In this document: positions 58,031 to 64,000 of the stretch, in pieces | Numbering within the stretch: position 1 is the first letter of the stretch | Layout: the number at the start of each line of letters is the position of its first letter | Assembly (NCBI GenBank): GCA_003602475.1 | Contig: QQSC01000015.1 | Span: forward strand, 46,313 to 110,312 | Direction of reading: 5' to 3' | DNA length: 64,000 nucleotides | From: Candidatus Poseidoniales archaeon | GTDB taxonomy: Archaea > Thermoplasmatota > Poseidoniia > Poseidoniales > Poseidoniaceae | The notes under the pieces: generated by a model | Database searches by the model: none | Told to the model about the DNA's origin: nothing | What the model saw: the letters and a program-made list of their open reading frames with translations, nothing else | Position numbers and translations under genes: made by a program

Positions 58031-61000
58031 ATGGGTGGTCCACAGACTGAACGAAGAAGCCAACTCCGCGCTGCGGTGTTGGTCGGCCTCATGCTCTTTT
58101 CCCTGCTGAGCGTAGCACCGGCGCAGGCTACTGGAGAGCCGGCCAACCTCCAAGCACAGGACATCACGGCTGCGTTCGACCCACTGACCGAAGTCACCAC
58201 CATCACCTGGGAAAACTCGGACACCAACGATGGCAACGCAATACAAGGGTTTGCAGGCGCTGAATACAACGTTTACCGGCACAACGCCCCCATCGATTCA
58301 AGCAACGTGGTGGGGTTGACTCCCTTCGCCACCGTTGATGCCTGTAACTTGAACCTCCCCAACGTATCGGGCAACCCGTTCAATTGCAGAGGAAGCACCT
58401 ACGAGACCCATTCCGTATCCTTCCCTGTTTCTCCTGGCGTGAACGGTTCGTTCTATTACGCCATCACCACCATGCTCGGCAACGGGACTGAGGCTGGTGA
58501 ATTCATCATGAACGAATCCCACGTGTACGATCCAGTCATTGAGCAGACGACCGCTGTTCAAACCCCGATCATCTTGACCGTTGACTTCGTGCCTGCCGAC
58601 AGTGAAACCACCATTCGCTGGTACAATTACAACGACCTGTTCTCTGGCGAGGACATTCACCCCGAAACAGGAGATAACGCCATGACCATTCGCATTTGGC
58701 GCACAACTTACGCCATGAACCGGGTGCTTGGGGCCAGTTTGATCAACGATGAAACCCCCATCGCCACGTTGCCCGCGACCACGAACGAACACGTGGTGAC
58801 GGTTCCACCCAACACCGACCGCACCAGCTACTATTCCATCACCTATCACCTGCCAAACTATTCAACGCCCGGCGAGGACTACGAAGACGTCCGATTCCTC
58901 GGGGACAACACGATGACTGACCCAGTCGTGGAAGACAACCGCCCACCTTCTCAACCGGTGCTCACCGCTGCGAATTTCGTTGCCGATGGAGCATCGGGAG
59001 GTGGCAACACCGTGCTCTCATGGAACAGCGTACCCGGAGAGGAAGGGGAAACATACCGCGTCTACCGTTCGGATGAACCGTTCAACAGCACCCTTGCCGA
59101 TAATGTTCAACTCGTCGTCACGGACATTCACGAGGCTGCAACCGGGACCAGCGTTCCAGTCGCCACCGGGTACCTCGGTCATTCCTACTATTGCGTGACC
59201 ACCGTGGACGCCATCGGCGTCATGGACACCGACACCACCGCAGCTTCCTGCACCAACGCCATCTTTGAAGACGCCTTTTACAATTGGATTGCCGAACCCA
59301 CCGCAGTTGATGCGGAATTCATCGGAAACCGAACGGTTCGAATCACTTGGGCGGACCAGTTGGGAGTTAACGGAGAAATCTATCACATTTGGCACATTGA
59401 TTACCCCAACATGCCCGGTTCCCAATTCGTAGAGAACGGAACGGCGATGTACCTTGGCACGGTCTCTGACAGTGTAGGCGAATTCGAGTACACCCTCGAG
59501 GAAGGGTTTGTTTTGGCGGACCAAGCCTACTGCGTAACCACCGAAGCGTTGTACGGGAATGTCAATGGCACATACCACTACACCGCTCTCAATCAAAACT
59601 GCGATTCCATTTCGTTGATTGACACTCAAAAACCTCAACCGGCCCGCATTCGCACCGCTTTCTCTCTTGGCTCCATCCAACGGGTGAGTTTGGAATGGTT
59701 GGACGATGTCAACGAAATCAACGAGACCTACTCCATTTGGCGCCATTATGGAGCGCCTTTCGGCAGCGATGCTACAGAATTCTCAGACACCTCCGATGAA
59801 GGTTGGGAGATGATTCTCGACGGCATCGACGAGGGCAACGACGATACCATTGTACGAGAGTTTGACATTGCGGACAACGTTGACCGAGACGTGTGGTACG
59901 GCATTGCCGTCACCGACACTTGGGGCAACACCAACACGGAATTGTTCGCCGGATTCGGCGGCAACGGGTTCCAAGTGTCAGAAGACACCCGCCCGGCCAA
60001 CGCCACCATGACCCTCTTGGACTCAAACGGTGCTGAATATTCGTCTTCGACCCTTGTTTCAGGGCAATACACGTTCCATTTCCAAATTGATGAGGATTTG
60101 TACGAAACACCCAGCATCAGCATGTTCACGCCCGCTGGGGCCATTGCTGAGAACGAGGTGGTGTCGCTGATCAATGAGAACCGCAACAACCCCAATGTTG
60201 GACCACTTTACTCGTACGATTTCAGCATCAGCGATACCACCAACGCGGGACTCCTCACCGTCCAATTGTTGCTTGAAGACGAATGGTCCAACGCCGCCAA
60301 TCAAACTTGGACCAACCTGTTTATTGACGCACAGGTCCCAGAAGTCACCATCTTTGCCCCGACCCCATCCAGTGACGGTTCGAAATACCTCTATGGAAAC
60401 AGAATCAATCTTTTGGCTGGGGCTACCGACGACGTTGGTGTCACCTCCTTCCAGTACCGCTTCACCTACCATTACGGCGGACAGAGCGGTCAATCCCAAG
60501 CAACACCGTGGGCCGATCTGCAGGGAATTACGGTCAATGGCGACAACAACATGAGCCTCACGGCCGACATGGAAGTGTCCTCGGGCAACTTTGAGCCGGG
60601 CTTCCACCGGTTGTCGATTCAAGCCACCGATGCAGCAGGGAACAACATTCAGCAAAGCGTCGATTTCATTGTTGATTACTGCCGTAACCGTTTGGACGGC
60701 ACCACGTACTGCAACTATGAGGAAAGCCTCCTGCCGCCAATTGAACCAGAAGTCGTCACTCCGGCCCTCTCCGACCCACCCTATGTGGTGGTCTTTGTCG
60801 TGGCGTTCATCAACATCCTGGCCATCGTCGTGGCCCTTCTTGTCATCCAAGTGAGCATGTCAGGCCCCAAGAAAAAGAAGCGGGGAGGCGACGAGGAAGA
60901 AGACGAAGACTGGATGGCTGAATTCATGGGAGGCAGCGGAGGCGGTGCTCAAGAACTTGACATGGATTCTGTCACCGACACCAGCGGCGGTTCTCCAGAG

Positions 61001-61300
61001 AACGAAGAGAAGAAGGAAGAGGACGCCGATGCTAAGGAATCGGAAGAAGAGGACGACCCCTTTGCCATCAACATCGTGCAGCGTAAGAAGCGTCGTAAGA
61101 AGAAGGAAGTTGAGCCCGAAGAGGACGACGACGACGACGACGACGATGACGACGATGACGACGACGACGATGACGACGACGACGACGAGGACGAGGCACC
61201 CAAGAAGAAGCCCGTCCGACGCAGCGTTGGTCGCCGGGCTGCCCCCAACAAGGCGCCCGTGAAACGTCGTGCGGTCAAGCGAAAATCAGACGACGATTGA
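58031..61300 (+). CDS. Large membrane-anchored surface protein (about 5 FN3-like plus Ig-like domains) with charged cytoplasmic tail
   Basis: Signal peptide; repeats W…Y-x-(V/I)-(Y/W)-R…YY-x-(I/V)-T; TM YVVVFVVAFINILAIVVALLVIQV; tail with D21 tract and K/R blocks. Confidence 0.85.
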   Translation: MGGPQTERRSQLRAAVLVGLMLFSLLSVAPAQATGEPANLQAQDITAAFDPLTEVTTITWENSDTNDGNAIQGFAGAEYNVYRHNAPIDSSNVVGLTPFATVDACNLNLPNVSGNPFNCRGSTYETHSVSFPVSPGVNGSFYYAITTMLGNGTEAGEFIMNESHVYDPVIEQTTAVQTPIILTVDFVPADSETTIRWYNYNDLFSGEDIHPETGDNAMTIRIWRTTYAMNRVLGASLINDETPIATLPATTNEHVVTVPPNTDRTSYYSITYHLPNYSTPGEDYEDVRFLGDNTMTDPVVEDNRPPSQPVLTAANFVADGASGGGNTVLSWNSVPGEEGETYRVYRSDEPFNSTLADNVQLVVTDIHEAATGTSVPVATGYLGHSYYCVTTVDAIGVMDTDTTAASCTNAIFEDAFYNWIAEPTAVDAEFIGNRTVRITWADQLGVNGEIYHIWHIDYPNMPGSQFVENGTAMYLGTVSDSVGEFEYTLEEGFVLADQAYCVTTEALYGNVNGTYHYTALNQNCDSISLIDTQKPQPARIRTAFSLGSIQRVSLEWLDDVNEINETYSIWRHYGAPFGSDATEFSDTSDEGWEMILDGIDEGNDDTIVREFDIADNVDRDVWYGIAVTDTWGNTNTELFAGFGGNGFQVSEDTRPANATMTLLDSNGAEYSSSTLVSGQYTFHFQIDEDLYETPSISMFTPAGAIAENEVVSLINENRNNPNVGPLYSYDFSISDTTNAGLLTVQLLLEDEWSNAANQTWTNLFIDAQVPEVTIFAPTPSSDGSKYLYGNRINLLAGATDDVGVTSFQYRFTYHYGGQSGQSQATPWADLQGITVNGDNNMSLTADMEVSSGNFEPGFHRLSIQATDAAGNNIQQSVDFIVDYCRNRLDGTTYCNYEESLLPPIEPEVVTPALSDPPYVVVFVVAFINILAIVVALLVIQVSMSGPKKKKRGGDEEEDEDWMAEFMGGSGGGAQELDMDSVTDTSGGSPENEEKKEEDADAKESEEEDDPFAINIVQRKKRRKKKEVEPEEDDDDDDDDDDDDDDDDDDDDDEDEAPKKKPVRRSVGRRAAPNKAPVKRRAVKRKSDDD
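61124..61186 (+). repeat. (GAY)21 trinucleotide repeat encoding poly-Asp
   Basis: 21 consecutive Asp codons, mostly GAC with three GAT interruptions. Confidence 0.95.
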
Positions 61301-61314
61301 ACCCATTTTGAGGC

Positions 61315-61857
61315 ATGACCATGGTCAACCTTCTCCGATTGGGACAGGGCATGATGGCGCTGGCAGTGCTGCTCTCTGCAGCCGGTTGGATCGGATTTAC
61401 CCTGGAAGGTGAAGTGAACGATGTTCCTACTCCAAACTTCCCCGACCGGTCCTTCTTTGCGGACGACCCACTTCCAGAACAGGTGCTGGCTCCCTTCTTG
61501 ACCGCCGAACTGACGTTGACTTGGGACCGTGATGATGTCTATGCCGTCATTGTGGATGAAGACGAAAAGAACACTTGCGAAGCCACTCCGGCCGGTTTGG
61601 CACAAAACAGCGGCACCAACTCTTGCGGCCCGTACGACGCCGACATTGTGGCCATCAGCGACAACGGGAACGAGGGCCTTGTTTGGACGGTCGAATCGGG
61701 CGTCTATTACGTGGGCGTTGGAACCGCCGGCTCAGGACTCCCCGAGGGTTCCGAGGTCAACATGGCCTACGAAGTCCACCTTCAGGCAGGGTTTGGTTCG
61801 TTCTTCGTCTTCGCTTCCATCGGCGTGGTTGGGTTTGCCATGACCCGTTCCGAGTGA
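61315..61857 (+). CDS. Membrane protein with N- and C-terminal TM helices and an extracellular beta domain
   Basis: 180 aa; 14 nt after the preceding gene. Confidence 0.7.
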   Translation: MTMVNLLRLGQGMMALAVLLSAAGWIGFTLEGEVNDVPTPNFPDRSFFADDPLPEQVLAPFLTAELTLTWDRDDVYAVIVDEDEKNTCEATPAGLAQNSGTNSCGPYDADIVAISDNGNEGLVWTVESGVYYVGVGTAGSGLPEGSEVNMAYEVHLQAGFGSFFVFASIGVVGFAMTRSE

Positions 61858-61858
61858 A

Positions 61859-63118
61859 TCACTCAACGCCATCGTAGTAGGTGGCTACGGCCCGATCGAG
61901 GTCTTGAATCACTTGAGCTTCATCAACGGTCTGTGTCACGCCGTTGATTCGCAGGCCTTGCCCGTTGACCCACAGGTCAAGACAGTCCGCACCGTTGAAA
62001 ATCAAGTTCGCTAAGTGACGGTTGTTGCTTCGGCCAAGAGGGTGCATCCTGACGTCGTCGAGGTTCCAAACCGCCCAATCCTGACTGCCTTTTGTGGCCA
62101 TGTCCATCAGTTCAGTCGCCGGCAGAAGCGTCGCGTCCCAGTGGTCGTGCCGCTGCACGAGACCCGCCAGTCTCGCCTCAGCTTGCATGTTCAAACCGCT
62201 CCCAGATGACGCCGCTCCATCCGTTCCGAGACGAACGTCAACTCCAGCATCTCGGTACGCTGGCCACGACATCGTTCCACCGCAGGCCAGTTTCATGTTG
62301 GAGGAGGGGCAGTGAACGGCGGTAACTTCGTGCTGCTTCATCAGTCGAATTTCGTTCTTCTTCACCCAAGAGGCATGGGCGCATACGGTGCCGGGTTGAA
62401 AGAAGTCGATGCTGTCGAGGTATTCCACCGGATAGCGCCCGTGAGCATCGTAACAATCGGCGATTTCCTTTCGAGTTTCACTGACATGGATGTGAAGGCG
62501 CGCTGAACGTCGTTGGGCCAAGTCCGACGCGCTTCGCAACGTCTCTTCGCTGCACAGGTAGACGGAATGGGTGGCGATGGCGTACTGAACGAGGTCATCG
62601 CTTCGGTTGTTCTTGAGCAGGGCATCAAGTTCGTCCAAGGCGGATGCAGCATCGGGGTGGCTCGGAAGTGCCGCATCGCTCACAGGGCCTCCGATCAGTC
62701 CACGAAGTCCGGCATCGGTGAGCACCTTTCCCGTCGTGTGTGGGTGAAAGTACATGTCTGCAGCAAAGGTGCTTCCCGTTCGAATCATCTCAGCAGCGGC
62801 CGATTGGGCCCCAATTCGGACATACTCCGGGGTGATGCGGGCTTCGGTTGGAAAGATGGCTTCGTTCAACCATCTGTGAAGGGGGTAGCCATCGCTAAAA
62901 TCGCGAGCGTTCAGTTGCATGGCCAAGTGCGTATGCCAGTTTTGGAAACTTCTGGTGACCACGCGATTCGTACCGTCAAGGTCGTGAGCCACATCCTCAT
63001 CACCGTTTGAAGGCGACCACGAGCCGTCACCATGCAACAGAACATCGCCGGTGCTTTTGACGCCCCCGCGGTCGTACAGCACCGTGTTTCGGTACCTCAC
63101 CGTGGTGGCGTCGCTCAT
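61859..63118 (-). CDS. Amidohydrolase, MTA/SAH deaminase-like
   Basis: NWHTH, EMIRTGST…DMY, HSVY, HIHVSET, HCPSSNMKLA, LGTDG. Confidence 0.88.
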   Translation of the reverse strand: MSDATTVRYRNTVLYDRGGVKSTGDVLLHGDGSWSPSNGDEDVAHDLDGTNRVVTRSFQNWHTHLAMQLNARDFSDGYPLHRWLNEAIFPTEARITPEYVRIGAQSAAAEMIRTGSTFAADMYFHPHTTGKVLTDAGLRGLIGGPVSDAALPSHPDAASALDELDALLKNNRSDDLVQYAIATHSVYLCSEETLRSASDLAQRRSARLHIHVSETRKEIADCYDAHGRYPVEYLDSIDFFQPGTVCAHASWVKKNEIRLMKQHEVTAVHCPSSNMKLACGGTMSWPAYRDAGVDVRLGTDGAASSGSGLNMQAEARLAGLVQRHDHWDATLLPATELMDMATKGSQDWAVWNLDDVRMHPLGRSNNRHLANLIFNGADCLDLWVNGQGLRINGVTQTVDEAQVIQDLDRAVATYYDGVE

Positions 63119-63202
63119 GTTGTGTCCTTGAGGTCATGCTTCAAGAACGCTGAGGTTCGGACCGAGGGGCTTATGTTGGATTGACGACGGCGGTCATTTG
63201 CC

Positions 63203-63275
63203 GCCACTGTGGCTTAGTTGGTAGAGCATCTGATTCGTAATCAGAAGGTCGGGAGTTCGAATCTCCCCAGTGGCT
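63203..63275 (+). tRNA. tRNA-Thr(CGT)
   Basis: Acceptor GCCACTG/CAGTGGC, anticodon arm TCTGA-TTCGTAA-TCAGA, T arm GGGAG-TTCGAAT-CTCCC. Confidence 0.95.
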
Positions 63276-63277
63276 CC

Positions 63278-64000
63278 TCAAACATTCTTCTCGGCGGTGA
63301 CACTCACGTCCATGCTGAACGATTGAGCACTGGCTTCCAAACTGGCGATGGCAGGCAGCGTTCTGCCGGCGATGAAATCCAAACAAGCGCCGCCTCCCGT
63401 TGAGACGTGGCCCATCTTGCTGGCAAGCCCTCGTTTGGCCACCAACGTAGCGGTGTGACCGCCACCCACGACAACGTAAGCGTCGGACTCTGCACAGGCG
63501 TTGAGCATCTCGACGGTGCCAAGGGCAAAATCGTTCAGTTCAAACACGCCTGCTGGACCGTTGAGTATGACGGTTCCAGCGCTTTTTATGGCGTTGGAGA
63601 GGTGACGAATGGACGCCAAACCCATGTCAAACAGCGGGGCTTCAAGGGGAAGGTTGTCAATGCTCATGTCCACTCGGTTGCCTTCCACATTGGCCGCCAC
63701 GTCAACGGGAAGATGGATTTGGTCGCCGTGGTCGTTGATGAGGGCCTTGGCCTGACCAACGGTGGTCATCCAGTGGTCGCCGAGTTCGTTTTTGAGGAAA
63801 GAACGGTTCACATCACCGATGTCGATGCCTGCCAAATCCAAGAGGAGATTGGCCACTCCACCGGTGGGCCAGACCTCATCGGCAATGCCGTTGCGAAGCA
63901 TGTTGTCGGCCACCTGAATGGAATCGTTGACCTTGACGCCGCCCAGTACGGCTAAACAGGGACGGTTGGGAGATTCAAGCGCCTCCCCCAGTTTCTTCAA
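63278..64000 (-). CDS. pgk: Phosphoglycerate kinase, C-terminal part (5' end beyond window)
   Basis: LGGVKV, TGGVAN, LPVD, NGPAGVFE…FALGT, GGGHT, HVSTGGGA. Confidence 0.93.
   Translation of the reverse strand: MKKLGEALESPNRPCLAVLGGVKVNDSIQVADNMLRNGIADEVWPTGGVANLLLDLAGIDIGDVNRSFLKNELGDHWMTTVGQAKALINDHGDQIHLPVDVAANVEGNRVDMSIDNLPLEAPLFDMGLASIRHLSNAIKSAGTVILNGPAGVFELNDFALGTVEMLNACAESDAYVVVGGGHTATLVAKRGLASKMGHVSTGGGACLDFIAGRTLPAIASLEASAQSFSMDVSVTAEKNV

Noticed and set aside
55686-63275. Integrated element between or at the two tRNAs
   Set aside because: No integrase, no duplicated tRNA 3' end noticed, and the intervening genes include housekeeping functions.
109-63955. Numerous antisense and alternate-frame ORFs of 60-270 aa (e.g. 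48219-49043, 60059-60850, 60949-61605 poly-Ser)
   Set aside because: Shadows of real genes, expected at this GC content and codon bias; no recognisable motifs.

Overview
Gene-dense, GC-rich (estimated mid-to-high 50s %) archaeal chromosomal segment. RadA, archaeal-type FtsZ, a TFB-like factor, RaSEA, an AK6-type kinase and an A1-U72 initiator tRNA, mixed with many bacterial-type enzymes and giant Gly/Thr/Asp-rich surface proteins, suggest Marine Group II Euryarchaeota (Ca. Poseidoniales). This assignment is inferred. About 48 CDS and 2 tRNAs (iMet-CAT, Thr-CGT) are supported. No CRISPR, integrase, transposase or rRNA was seen. Most genes are housekeeping or metabolic (addAB, pip, psd, ychF, pabB-pabA/pabC, maeB, rlmH, pduO, icd, ftsZ, radA, pgk). 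Most notable observations: (1) a membrane protein collinear with cbb3 oxidase subunit I (CcoN) that lacks His at the six metal-ligand positions and is fused to an EF-hand pair, with a small membrane partner gene; (2) a strongly diverged TFB paralogue transcribed divergently from an AddAB pair in which both subunits carry Fe-S staple cysteines; (3) a recurrent TT[GC]A[AT]R box at about -29..-24 of many starts, where the TATA box normally sits; (4) a ~1100-aa helical/TPR-like protein with an intact C-terminal PIN domain; (5) two giant membrane-anchored surface proteins with unusual cytoplasmic tails. All family calls are motif recognition by eye; no database searches were run.
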